Shown: positions 13,401-25,989 of the stretch, piece by piece | Layout: every line of letters begins with the position of its first letter | Numbering within the stretch: the stretch's first letter is position 1 | From: Phoronis australis | Lineage: Eukaryota > Animalia > Phoronida | NCBI GenBank assembly: GCA_002633005.1 | Contig: NMRA01001029.1 | Location: 3,912-67,911, forward strand | Direction of reading: 5' to 3' | Length of the DNA stretch: 64,000 bases | The notes under the pieces: generated by a model | The model's database searches: none | Told to the model about the DNA's origin: nothing | What the model saw: only the letters and a program-made list of their open reading frames with translations | Made by a program: the position numbers and the translations under genes

Positions 13401-15607
13401 AACTTTTCAATTTGGTGCAGATTATGGGGAAATGACATTCAGTGACTGCTTCGATTGTCTTATTGTATGTTTTCAATTGTAGCTAGCTGGATAAGAATCT
13501 GCTATGCACAAGATTCGAGAATAAACAATTATCAGTGTATTTAAAAACAAATGGCAAACTGAAAAAGCACAGAACGAAACAACATTGCGAGGGAGTCCAT
13601 GCTCAGGCATATCAGGTTCTGAATTTCTGAATTACGTTCAATTCTCTCAGGTTATTGCTGAAGGATTGCTTTTCACTTTGTCCAACGGTGAAATAGAAGG
13701 TCAGGCAGTTGATTTCAGTTGTTTTTTCTTGCCTGTAACAAAATAGAAATATTAGCAAATTGTAAAAGAAAAGACAAGACAAAACTACTTTTGTAAGGCA
13801 GAACATACTTGACATTTCATCTTCATGTTTATGTGTAGAAACTAATAACCTTTGTACCCAAGTCTTATTTAATATCTGAATTAAAATATGTGAAACAGGC
13901 TAAAAGTGATTTAACAATGTGTATTTTTCATGACACTTAAAATGTGCTTCTGATCTCAACAAGTAAAATTCATTCTAGGTGTCAATTTATTTCCAGTGCA
14001 ATGTTACGACATTTACTGAATTAAGGCTTATTCATGTTAATTCGATAACTGAGCTGGTGGTCCTGGGGGTGGGGTTCACGATAAAATAAGGAAACTCACT
14101 CATCTAGAGAATTTTATTGGAAACAGCATAGTTTTGAAGAGAAACTGCTGTGAAAAAGTCACTCTTGACTTTTGTGCATCACGTACCATACACCTCTTAT
14201 TTTGGGAGCACTCCCACCCAGGACAATATGAATATGTGCTGCTAGCCTACCCGGCATCGGGTGAGTTTCCAAAAAGAAACACTTAGTTCCACTCAATAAA
14301 ACTGTTATTCAGTGGGGTAACTGGTGGGGATAACATCACCGAACGATGTTGATAGAAACTGATTGCTAAAAAATTACCAATTAATGTTGTGTAGTCTCTG
14401 AATGGAACTGCATAGTCACAGACATAGAGAGCACATACGGGGCTTCAGCGTCCACACACTTTTTGTCAGTTAGTTGTCCCTGTTGACCGCAATTGTCCAC
14501 GAATATAGCAACCTTAGGTCTTTTGGAATTTGTGGCCACCTGTCGAAGACTTGCACCGGGGAAATTAGCAGTAATAAGGCTTAGCGCGACGACGTATTTT
14601 GATAAAAATTCCATCTTTTACCACGGCAGTTGTTTACATGCAGACATCCACGCATGCGCAATTGAATCACCACTAGTACAGTAGCGACACCGCGAGGAGA
14701 ATTCTCCGAATAGCCCCATTCAGTGTTTGTTGACAGAAAGCTGTTGTGAAACAATTAATCGATTTTATATGCTATGGCCACATGTTAGGGTAATCTTTAT
14801 TTAGAAATACAAATACATTATTCAAATCATTCATTGACGGTCTTTGGAAGGGGAACCCGACTTCGCGGCCCCCGACAAGTAAGTAGATTTTCAGTTTCGT
14901 GGCTAATTCACGTAAATAATTACGTGCACATTATTTCTTTGGCTCACTATTATAGTCTTTTGGTGACTGGAGGTTTAATTTTCAACTCAAGCTGGTAGTG
15001 TTCATGCTAGTCCCGGCGGCCGCGACGGGCCTGATCGGGTTCGGAGCCACTGGCCAGGATAACGAGTCAGTCCGGCCTCGCCGGGCCTGATCGGGCTCCG
15101 AGCCATTGGCCGGGATAACAAGCGTTTCATGTGTTTAGAACTAAAAAATCACAAGTCTAAACAACACAGATCTAGGTTCTTTTGTCTGTATTTCACGGAA
15201 GAACACTTCGAATTTATCTCCGAACAGACCCCGAACTCCTGTTACGGACGTTGGTAAATTGGCCTGCCGAAGTGTTCAGGTTACGGTACGTGTGTCCAAA
15301 TACTAATGAATCCGTAACAGCGAAATAAAACAACACGTTTTTATAAGAACTCAGTGTATTTTTAAGGGTTTTACATCGACGTTTGGTGATTTATTGGTGT
15401 TAAACGATGAATTCAAGCGATAAGCTGACACCAGTAACCCGTGTTGTGAACTGCTGAACAGACTGCGTGTGAAACCAATGACGTCATTGGATAATTTCAA
15501 CACCGTCTGCCGTCAGGTGTCAGGTAACGCAACCGAACGTGACGTTATCGAGTAGAACTACTCAATATAAATTGATTCAAAAAAGGTCTTTTGGGTGGCA
15601 TTCTCCT
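10430..15607. mobile_element. Non-autonomous Kolobok-type element (copy 1), interrupted by an ISL2EU-like insertion
   Basis: TTAA flanks at 10426-10429 and 15608-15611, TIR ATGAGAAGGCCACCCGA / TGGGTGGCATTCTCCT. Segments 10430-11223 and 14718-15607 are colinear with 36204-37876. Confidence 0.85.
11224..14717 (+). mobile_element. ISL2EU/PIF-Harbinger-group non-autonomous DNA transposon, full length
   Basis: TIR GGGGCTATTCGGAAAAT / ATTCTCCGAATAGCCCC. The empty site in the second Kolobok copy (catggtaatttagtg near 36985) shows a 2-bp AT duplication in an A|AT|T context, as described for ISL2EU. Confidence 0.75.
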
Positions 15608-15633
15608 TTAAGTTTACGATTTGTCTCAACTTC

Positions 15634-18381
15634 CAGGCCCGTAGAAAGGCAAAAATTATTTCGACTTTGCCAAACTACCCCCTCATCGCCACCACCTCCG
15701 CCACCACCCTCCGCCCCCCTCCCTCCGTGCTCCCGATGCCACCATATTTCAGTGGTACTGAATGTCTCACGTCCGCCCTAGGTGGGGGACAAAAAATGAT
15801 TAACCGTGTAGCAAGACAGAGAGTAATAATGGGTCTAGGACTATTACACTGCCTCAAGTAGCTACAATATGTATAGCTGAGATCTAACGATGTGTATATA
15901 CGAAATTACAAATCTAGCTGCTGGTCAGCTCAGCTTTGATTCATTTGAGACAGACAGGCAGCTCGTACCGGCCGTCTTCGCTGTCTCTAAGATTCGTTTG
16001 ACTGTGACCCAGTTTCGGAGGAACTTTATTTTATTATGGCCATTCTTTGAAGGAGTTTTTTTGAATAGCTGATGTCCCGAGGTCCCTTGTATAGTGCATT
16101 AGGAGCTGTTTCAAAATCCCTCGTTGAAACACAACCGATAGTCCGAGTTTCTGGTGGTTGGGGAAATTGATACGCCTGGAGTTCAGTTCCCGTGGATCAC
16201 TGAGATTCTTCGCAGGCCTACTGCATGGTTACATCTTATTTTTAATGAAGGTGCGTCAGTTATAACGTTCACGGAATCAGGACAAGCAAACAATTCAGTT
16301 TTGGGGAACAGAATTTCGTTGCTCAATACTCCTGGAAACTAAAAACACCAAGGAATTGCAAAGACAACATTTTCAAACAATGAATTTAATTTTATTTATT
16401 TAAGGAGTTTAAAAACCTTTTTTTCGACCTACGATTTGTGAGTCTGAATTTCATCAGCGTCTTTGAGAGTTATTTTAGATTAGCAAAATCGTCTAATTGT
16501 ACTTTACTATTTGGGGATTGGATTATCGACTTTCCCAACTTCAGGCTGCAATTAAATTCACTGAAACATCATCAATTCTTACAAGATTAGCTTCTAATAG
16601 TAAAAAATCATCTGTGAATCTATCGATTTTCTTAGATTTTTTAAAAATTTTTAATTGCAGGCGGTCTGATACACGTTGTACCAGACGTGCGCAGGCCTCG
16701 CATGTGGGCCCATTACACTGATCACCTGGAAATATTTTTATGCTTTATTAATCTATGGCTAAAACCGAGCTGAGGAGCTAGAAACCTGGCTCAAGGGTTT
16801 AGCAGTGTGACCTGGTGTGACTCGAACCCACGACCTCGAGTAATGAAAGCGGGCACTTATCAACCAGGCCACACTGTCTCCTTCCTAGAAACATAAACAA
16901 GTAAATTAGAAACCAACGAATTTGTTTATCAAAACGGACTGTTATAAGCAATTTCCGCAGGCATGCTCGCAGATTTTTGGCGGGTAACCGGCGGAACATC
17001 GGAGATGGGGTATTCGTATCAAGGCTCATTTCAGAGGTACCTATAGCTGTTCATGAGGTAAACTAGGACTCCACTGACAAAAAAAGCTGAAATCTTTGTT
17101 TACTATAGCGAGTGTTCTTTGAGTATCCCCTTTCGACATGTACACGGTGATCACAAATAGTAGCCTAGACAGCAGTCTTTTAGACATGCGGGAAGTACTT
17201 ACAAACAACTCATAGTAACCATTTTCAAAAGAGATAATTTTCTTGAGTTACTGTGGGAAACAGTAAGATTATTCTATAACTAACCATCGGATATAGTTCC
17301 GTTGTATAATTCACAAATAGTGATCTCCACGTTCTTAAAGATTCCACCCTTTCGATGGCGGTCAATCTTATTGTATTTTTTAACCATTTTCTGGTTGTTT
17401 GGGTCGAATGTCTTGATACTGCCGTGCTGTGCACGAATGTTATGCGTTTTTGATGAATTTTGGAATCTGAACTTCTCTCATGAATACTTGGCAGTGTCGG
17501 ATTTAAATGTATAGAGGGACAAAGGGACATTTCCCCCGAGCTGCTCCACCGAGAGCGGGTCCCGTCTGAAATGGGACACCTTAAGACGAAAGGCTAAACG
17601 CCAAGCTTCTTAAAAAGAGTGTCAGTTCCTTCCACCGTCGTGTGGTTACAAAACGATGCAGGAAGTGACCTTCTTCAACATGAAAGCTGGTTGCACGGTT
17701 TCACAAAAACAGCAAAATAGAGATATTCGATTCAAACATTAGGCCCTCTCTCCATGAGCGGCCCCTTAAGAATTTATCAATAAAAACACAAAAGCGTGGC
17801 CACTTAAAAGTCGTCAATGGTCTCCTTCAAGGGCGAGGTACTTAAATATGAAAATATCTATTATCATATCTGTATTTTCAAAAATGAGGAAATACACAGC
17901 AATTGATGTTATCTGTCAGGTTATCATTTTTCAATTGATATACAGTGTCGAGAAAAAAATAAATTGAACGTTGTCTCCGTTATTCCTTGCCAGAGAGGGG
18001 CCTCTGGAAAAATATAGTTCTACATTCGCAAAATTGACTTACTGAATTCAATAATCCAGTAAATAAGTACGCTCCGCAAAAGATTCGCTTTACAAACTTT
18101 CTCGATTTTTTAAAACTTATGTATGATTACGTGCACGTTTTCAAATGCTTTTAGACGGCCTATGCTCCAAAAGCAGAGACCTAACAGCAATGTCCTGACC
18201 AGGGTGCCAAAAGGTAAACTATCCACTGATACAGAGTTGTTAAATGTTCTCTTGAATTTTCTCTCTAATCCGTATTTCGTAGTCTTTCTTGTCTCGACTT
18301 ACCCCGGCCCCACGCCTATGTCGGTTGCCACGGTTTAATCCCGACGCCTGAATTATTTGGAGGGGGGCACTTACGGCCCTG
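15634..18381 (+). mobile_element. Non-autonomous hAT-like element with 5-bp TSD (hAT5-like)
   Basis: TIR CAGGCCCGTAG / TTACGGCCCTG. ACTTC lies on both sides (15629-15633 and 18382-18386). A second copy is at 2908-4990. Confidence 0.75.
16800..16880 (-). mobile_element. tRNA-derived SINE head or tRNA-like relic
   Basis: Minus strand has A-box-like TGGCCTGGTTGATAA and B-box GGTTCGAGTCA at tRNA-like spacing. No intact cloverleaf. Confidence 0.45.
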
Positions 18382-18450
18382 ACTTCATATTATATAGTTG
18401 ATACAACACTTTTTGTATAAGAATGACACAGCAGATGATTCAGATGTACG

Positions 18451-18705
18451 TTACAACTTGTACATTTCGTAGATGGCCGTGAACATTTTTGTAATCTCCT
18501 CACACAATATCGCCCACTCCTGGCCGTCCGTTTCCTTCTGTTGATCCGGGTGGTAGTGAGTGACGGCTTTAAGGAACGCTTTTTTGAACTTTTTCTCTTC
18601 CAATGACTTTTCGTCCAGTGAAGCTTCCCCCTTTTTCGGCTTTGGGGGATGAGTCTTGTATACAAAACGAATGAAGGATTCGTGTCCTTTTGCTTGTTGT
18701 TCCTT
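18451..18705 (-). CDS. TPR/J-domain-like protein, exon 5 (last; HPD module)
   Basis: Acceptor ttttcag|AAG, phase 0. Encodes KEQQAKGHESFIRFVYKTHPPK...KKAFLKAVTHYHPDQQ...LCEEITKMFTAIYEMYKL*. The paralog exon at 63421-63675 has the same length. Confidence 0.92.
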   Translation of the reverse strand, partial: KEQQAKGHESFIRFVYKTHPPKPKKGEASLDEKSLEEKKFKKAFLKAVTHYHPDQQKETDGQEWAILCEEITKMFTAIYEMYKL

Positions 18706-18940
18706 CTGAAAACAAGCCAATAAGTTGATGAAAATTATTGTTGAATTTGAAGTCAATAGAATTCATCAATATTTCCATTACTATGTCTAGTTAAGGAATA
18801 CACCGTATACACCTAATTACATGCTCATCGGTGTGACTTTGACGTAAAAAAATACTCTTTATCAGATACCTGACTGCGTCATATTTTTTCTAAAAAGATA
18901 TTTCCTATTTTTCCAGTTCAGATGAGCAAAGACAAAGGCC

Positions 18941-19578
18941 CAGTGCTGTAGTGGTAAAATTAGAGGTAAACAGGCGCCCAGAGCCGATCGTATCGCCGTG
19001 AGCGCTGAATTTTAAAGTGCATTGAACTCGCACGACCTGACTCACAAACATGTAGGCTTTTTTTACTCACAAGTGGGTATTTACATAGAATCTGCAGTGG
19101 CGGATCTTGGATGTCGGAGAAGGAGGGTCAAACCACACATATCTGAAGGCAAAGGTCCGCGTGCATTCCAAGCAGTCTCTGAAGAAGGCCCATGCACAAT
19201 TATCAAGGAAAATAGGAGTGTAATGCACAGAAACTGGCGGCGACTTTTAGTCGCCCGTGGGGTGTGTCTCGGGGGCCTTCGCCACCCCCTTTATCCACCT
19301 GTGGTACGTGTAACACCATATTGCTTTTTTATCTTGAATTAGTAAAAATTCTATTACTCGGCGAGCATATGCCTGGTGATCACGCTCGCCGAAATGTTCG
19401 GCAAAAAATGCAGCCAGCGTAGCGCATTGATTCCGTAAGGTATCGTTTCGAGACTACACCCCACTTACCGTCACTTACGGTGCGTAGACGCTACGTTAAA
19501 ATAAAAAAGGTGGTTGATGCGATAAAATGTAGAGGTGTTGGCTGCAACTACGTGCGCCTACGCCCCACTACAGCACTG
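18941..19578. mobile_element. hAT MITE
   Basis: Perfect 14-bp TIR CAGTGCTGTAGTGG / CCACTACAGCACTG and an 8-bp TSD CAAAGGCC / CAAAGGCA. Confidence 0.85.
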
Positions 19579-20017
19579 CAAAGGCATGGGATTTCCTTGC
19601 CTTACTTTAAAGCCAGTTTGTAGAGGATTTAACTAAATCATGTACTCAGTTTTAATAAACAAAACATGTATAAGAATAGTTTGCACTACACAATTTCTGA
19701 AGACGATAGAGATAATAATTCACAAAGTCTAGCCTTACATGTTATTAAATGTTTCATTGCTGATCATCTATTTGTAAACTTGTTCAATACTAATTTATTT
19801 AAATAAATTAATTTCTCGGAACAGTAATACAGACCTATTTCTTTTTGCAACATAGTTAAATTTGGAAGTTTACCTCTGAGACGCTACTTGTAAAAGTGGA
19901 GTTTGCAAAAGGCATAAAATAAAACTTTACACTGCATTATAGTTATCATTATAATTATTATAACTCTCCATGATAGCAAGTAACTCCATATATTCAAGAA
20001 AACAACAACGGTTTCAA

Positions 20018-20065
20018 AACTTGACATGTTTCGGTGTCATTTATTAAACACCATCCTCAGAAGTC
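20018..20065 (-). ncRNA. Minimal type I hammerhead ribozyme (PLE-associated)
   Basis: Reverse complement of 21224-21271: GACTT-CTGAGGA-T-GGTGT..ACACC-GAAA-CATG-TC-AAGTT. Confidence 0.75.
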
Positions 20066-21223
20066 ATAATACAGTGGCCACCTAGCTAGGCCCAGGAACA
20101 AGTAATGAAGCACAGATACAGTCAGTTACAGGGAGTGACAATGAACTAGACCAACAATGACAACCTGTGGTGTGTCAGTTGGCTATTGAGATTGGGCTTG
20201 CACCAACTGATATGTAAAGCCTCACGCATTTTAAGCTCCTTTGTTGTTACTGCCTGGTCTATTTTTGCAAAGTCATTGAAAGAGCACTGCTGATAACAAT
20301 GATTGGAGCTCTGCAGGTGAATATTTACACGTGAATTACTGTCAGAATTTAGGTGTTCCTTGGTCCTGGTTTTCAAATGGCGAACAGTTTCGCCTAAATA
20401 ACTGGAGCCACACCCAGCACAGATAAATTTGTATACTACCTTGGACCGTAGACCCATAGAAATTTTGTCCTTAGGGTTAAATAAACTCGACAGTTTTAGA
20501 GACTTGAATGTTAATACAACTCTTAAGTTCACAAAGTAATCATTCACCAATTTGTTGAGAACTTACAACGAATTTGCAAAAGAATGGCTATCCCCTAGAA
20601 CTAGTCAATAGGGTACTGAAAGCAAGACTCCAACGTAACCCTGATGATGTTCATCCTGTAGACAAAACTAACTACAAGTACTTTAAAATACCCTATGTTG
20701 GGTTTTACGCCAAAATTGCTCAACGAAAACTCAACAAATTGGTGAATGATTACAGTGTGAACATAAGAGTTGTATTAACATTCAAGTCTCTAAAACTGTC
20801 GAGTTTATTTAACCCTAAGGACAAAATTTCTATGGGTCTACGGTCCAAGGTAGTATACAAATTTATCTGTGCTGGATGTGGCTCCAGTTATATAAGCGAA
20901 ACTGTTCGCCATTTGAAAACCAGGACCAAAGAACATCTAAATTCTGACAGTAATTCACATGTAAATATTCACCTGCAGAGCTCCAATCATTGTTATCAGC
21001 AGTGCTCTTTCAATGACTTTGCAAAAATGGACCAGGCAGTAACAACAAAGGAGCTTAAAATTCGTGAGGCTTTACATATCAGTTGGTGCAAGCCCAATCT
21101 CAATAGGCAACTGACACACCACAGGTTGTCATTGTTGGTCTAGTTCATTGTCACTCCCTGTAACTGACTGTATCTGTGCTTCATTACTTGTTGCTGGGTC
21201 TAGCTAGGTGGCCACTGTATTAT

Positions 21224-21271
21224 GACTTCTGAGGATGGTGTTTAATAAATGACACCGAAACATGTCAAGTT
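21224..21271 (+). ncRNA. Minimal type I hammerhead ribozyme (PLE-associated)
   Basis: Stem I GACTT/AAGTT, core CTGAGGA, stem II GGTGT/ACACC, GAAA, palindromic ACATGT stem III. Predicted cleavage is after GTC at 21266. Confidence 0.75.
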
Positions 21272-21384
21272 TTAAAACCGTTGCTGTTTTCTTGAATTAT
21301 TCTAACTCATATTAAAATATTATGATCAGACTTCCATTTGCCAGGTGATCCCCTACAATGACACAAACAAAGAAGTCAACAATT

Positions 21385-21515
21385 TTTGATAGTAATGGAC
21401 TGTAGCACAGCGTTCTTTGATAGTGGTTGACTGTAGCTCAGCGGTCCTTGATATTGTCTCACTATTGCATAGCGTTCTTTGACAGTGGTTCACTGTAGCT
21501 GATCGTTCTTTGGTA
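21385..21515 (+). repeat. Degenerate tandem repeat of about 30 bp
   Basis: Units like tgatagtggttgactgtagcacagcgttctt repeat about four times. Confidence 0.6.
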
Positions 21516-22159
21516 AGGCACCAGTCCACCAGATGTCGCTGCGCTGTGTTGGCGCCCTCACTCTGTATACTTTCAATGGACGAAATCTGTGCTCTTCCAC
21601 ACAACGTTACGTCATTATTCACAAGCGACACCTGGCCCAATTATCTGGTGTTATTTCTGGCAAGTACGTCGTCTGCTAATCTTGGTCGGTTTTGTGTGGT
21701 CGACGGTCTCTGATCGAGTGGTAGTAGCATTGCTAAAAGTACTCACGATACCAACAATTCATCTATTTTAAGATTTTGAACAGCGTTTCAATGCCCGAGT
21801 TATTATTTTGTTTTCACTGTACTGGACAGTAAAATAGATGAGAGAATTTACCGTCGCAATACACTAACCGGAAAATGAACCAGATCATTTAGGACAGTGG
21901 CGCCGTCTCTAGGATAGTGCGGAAGAAAATGTCGGAGTTGCGAATTTGTTGTCTACAATATATGGTTGAAACAGGTTCCACCTTTTCTGCTCTCCACAAT
22001 AAACGTGACATATTCGTCTTAAATGTAACTTCTTATTTACTGGCAGCGTTACGGACTTCACCCCCGATCACCAATGGGTATCTACACTTTCCCTAATCGA
22101 AAGAAGACGAGCCAGTTCAGGCTAAAACTGGTTCTGACACTACTCAAATTGTGATTCTT

Positions 22160-24530
22160 AGCACAATAGTTCACAGCAGAGCACCTAAACAACGGCCATT
22201 AACAAAAATCAGACTATTATTAATTTTGAAGCCGAGCGACAAAACTTAATTTACATATTATCCTTAGACAAGAACTTTGTGGACTTTCTTGTCGACGTCG
22301 CCTCAAGGGGATTTCATCGCTGGTAATAACGATATTCCCGAGGCCGAGAGAAGAACACATTGCCGCTCATAAATGTCAACATCTCGAGCTTATGCTTGGC
22401 CAGGTGGCAAATTACTGTCCAGTAATTTTCCGAAACACTATAGTGAAGAACTCCACATCACTCACCAACAGGCCATCCGACTCCATTACGGCCTGCAGTC
22501 TACAGGTGCCCATTTCCTGGATTTCAACAATATTTGCCTAGAAGCCAGTGAAAAGCCAGAAGACCTGTATCAACTACTCGTCTCCTTCGTCCATTATAAC
22601 TTGCTACAGGCCCATGGTTCTATTCGCCACCACTACGAAATAGTTAGTGATGAGAAACTCACCCACAATTGAGAAGACGATTATCCTAACCTGGTTGCGA
22701 CTCCTCCACCCTGAACTCCCAAATCTGGTCTAACAACGATACTGTACCGAACTCCTTTCATGTACTTAAGACTTAAACCATAAATCTCTCAAAATTTCTC
22801 GCCCCTGCTCAATGACATCCAGCAAATAGCATATACCAAAATACTACGTAACAATGGAAAACTTGAGTCTAGGCGTCCTAATTTCCAACGATCCAAACGC
22901 ACAACTTTCACCAAGCCATCATGACCTCAGCGTGTGCAAGCTGGTCGTACAGCCACCCAACATTTCCTCAGCAAGTACCCATTCCTTCCGGCACGAGATC
23001 GTTTGTTCATGAGTAAAGCTCGTCAACTCATGTGTTCAGAAGACCCAGATTCAGAACAAGGCCCAATCGTAGATGACGATGATATGTGCTCTAGTTTCCG
23101 AGTGTCATCCTATCGAGTTCGTGTGAACAAATCACCTACTTCCAAGGTATTCTGCAGTCATCTCCCCGTCATTCTCACCATTGATACGGGCGCTGAGACT
23201 ATAGATTATTGCTTCCATCGCTCGGTCCATCGACGCTGCCGTTAAACCCAGTACCCAGTGTGCTTTTCAAGCAGATGACAAAACTCCACTGTCTGTGGTT
23301 TGAGGAACAAGCATCTCATTACCCGGAATGACCATGAACTATTCTTGAGGCTCTAGTTGTCATAGATCTGGACGTCGACGTCTTTTTGGCCGGTAGATCA
23401 TTTATGACGCCTAACGACATTGCTGTTCGACCCATCAAGCGTCAAATCACGATCAGGGAATCTACATATGGCTGTGGGATGAAGACCGCCATAAGCCCTC
23501 ACCATGTTAGCCTAACGCAGTCACATCTGTTACGATCTCCCAGACACTCCACTGTCTTGTGGCCAAGAGATGTTTTAGAAGTCACAGTCCCACCAGATCT
23601 TGATCCTGGTGGATTTCTTGCCATCGAGCCACGACTTGATACCGGCATCCACTCCAGTACGCCATGGCCCCGACCCACCGCCGTCATCCTGACCTTTTGC
23701 TCCCACGTGCAACCCGTCAGCGATTTTGCGATGTCATGGCCGAGTGCAACCAAGTGTTCAACCCCAATATTCCTGGCTACAATGGATCAGCCGACCCATT
23801 TAATGCTGTGGTAAATATGGGTCCTCTCCAACCTCCCCTGCGAAAAAGTCGGGTTCCGCAGTATTCTCGTGACAAGCTTGTTGAGTTGCAAACCAAGAGA
23901 AGGAAGGTATATTTCGCTGCCCGGAAGATCGTGGCATTACGGTCGGATAAGGTGGTTTCCGTTAAGTCATTGCCTTTGCAGATGTTGGACGTTACTGCAA
24001 GCCACAACCTTCGTTAAAACCTGATGTTGATTCCTCGCTCCTCACCATTGCACGTTGGAAATGCTTCATTGTCACAGATCTCACCAACACCTTCTACCAG
24101 ATACCACTAGACCGTTCCTCTATGAAATACTGTGGCGTTTGCACTCCATTCAAAGGTGTTTGTGTGTACACCCGCACTGGAATGGGTATGGCCGGCTCCA
24201 AAACTGCACTCGAAGAGCTCATGTGCCACGTCCTTGGAGACTTTCTTCAAGAAAGTAAAGTCGCGAAGCTGGCTGACAATTTGTGTTGCGGCGCAAATAC
24301 ACCTAATGCACTTCTTGCACTGTGGACCCGTGTACTCCAGGCTCTAGACAGTTGCAATCTTCATCTCTCGCCGACCAAGACCGTTATCTTCCCGAAGTCT
24401 ACCTTTGTTTTAGGGTAGATTTTGTCCTATGGTCATATCTCTGCTAGTCCTCATCAAATAGCCACTCTCGTCCTGCCCTAGACCTGTTAACGTTCGTGCC
24501 GTACGTTCCTTTATTAGCGCCTACAAGAAC
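22160..24530 (+). mobile_element. Decayed Gypsy LTR retrotransposon gag-pol
   Basis: Gag-like APKQRPLTKNQTIINFEAERQNLIYILSLD, protease LTIDTGAE, and [29 protein letters not shown]...MGMAGS...KLADN. Multiple frameshifts; no LTRs or integrase seen. Confidence 0.85.
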
Positions 24531-24544
24531 TGGTCTGATTTCTT

Positions 24545-25980
24545 AGTGTGCTGATGACTAGGGTAGAAGGTGTCAGCGCAATTAGTGAAAACTTCAAGCG
24601 ACCTCTATTGGACAAGATATACGCCATGCCGTCACTGACGGAAAGTGGAAATTACAGCAGTATTTCTTTGTGTGATCATCACACGTTTGTTCCGAAACGA
24701 GCACCTTACTTCGATATTGCACCAACTAGGTCACTCAGAGAGATACGACTTCGGGTTAAAGTTAGAAACCGCTTTCGCGAAAGTTATGGATTATGTATCA
24801 GATCATCGTGGACCTCAAATTATGACAGGTAAGGGTAACAGTGTATTCCATTGCAAGTGGGACAATTCGAATGAAACAACCACAAATGTACATGGCAGCA
24901 ACGATAGTCAAGAGTGCTGGAGGAACTGTCATTCAAAAGGTCAAGCCTGGTTTTGAAAGCTTCAACAACAGGACAATGCCAGTCATTAACAGCTCGCAAC
25001 AACGCAGTCTCCAAATAGAAGCTTCTGAAATTCCACGTCGTTTCGTTCGTATTGGACCAACATTTCCTGATGATGCATCGCTTTCGTCCCCGGGAGAAAA
25101 TACTGATATGTTTGAGGACAATATACACGAATATTATATATGGCTCCTCGTCTGGTACACCAGAAGCAACAGTAAATAACCTGTCCCGGGACTAGGTGGA
25201 TTCACTTCTGTAACTGGGCTTGCTTCTCTACAAATCAGCTAACTATGTGAACCTATTACTGACAACGCAGTAGTGTATGAGCTCCTGAAAAGCTTGGAAG
25301 CCATTACAGTAGAAGCGGACCAGAAATGAGTTTTGAATACATCTGACCTGGGAGTCTGCATCAAAGCCCACCCTGTGATCTCGTGAGAATCAGGGGAACT
25401 TTTAAACCACGTTATGACAATTAGGCCTTTTCACACTTCGATGGAAGTCATTGGAATTCTAGCAGGTCAAAAGATGCGCGGTGCTGTATACGCAGAGAAG
25501 GTATTTGAGGCCCAGTTGGTAACATCAGGAAATGTGAAGCCCCTGAAAAAGCTAGAAAAGAATCCGAAGATTCATAATACATTCATGCACTATGTGTTGA
25601 AAGAGTTGGAAGAATTCACCTGCCTCATGTAATGTCAGAGTCACCGTTAGGTGCTACTCGTGCCAAGGTGTTGCACAAAATAATTGGTGAAGATGAAATT
25701 CCACTTATAGAGCAAGATTGACATTGCTCTACTTCCATCGTGTCTGTTTGCAATGAAATCACACATCCAACAAGTAAATCATCGATTCGCTTTATACAAA
25801 TATGCTTGTAAGTCCATACTTGAACAGGCAAAACCTTATGACGAATGACAAGGGTGGATGTGGAGCGATGAAGGAGTGTTAGGACCAGTTTAGTCAGGTG
25901 GTCTCATCTTACCAAACTCACTGATTGACCTCCTGTTCACCGATGAATGTGAAGAAGACGGAGAGGAAACAAAGTGGTTC
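24545..25980 (+). mobile_element. Academ transposase central fragment
   Basis: Peptides LTSILHQLGHSERYDFGLKLETAFA, FHCKWDNSNETTTNVHG and TSDLGVCIKAHP...IRPFHTSM resemble Academ transposase motifs. Confidence 0.6.
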
Positions 25981-25989
25981 TGAATAGTC

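Larger units (their letters stand above)
19993..21297. mobile_element. Penelope-like retroelement 3' fragments (GIY-YIG) as an inverted pair
   Basis: ORFs 20574-21143(+) and 20146-20550(-) both encode VVYKFICAGCGSSY(L/I)xETVRHLKTRTKEH. Arms 19993-20559 and 20730-21297 are near-identical reverse complements. Confidence 0.9.

Noticed and set aside
2908-18349. Giant foldback element or inverted segmental duplication
   Set aside because: Explained by two independent, diverged copies of one hAT-like family. The right copy has its own TIRs and TSD.
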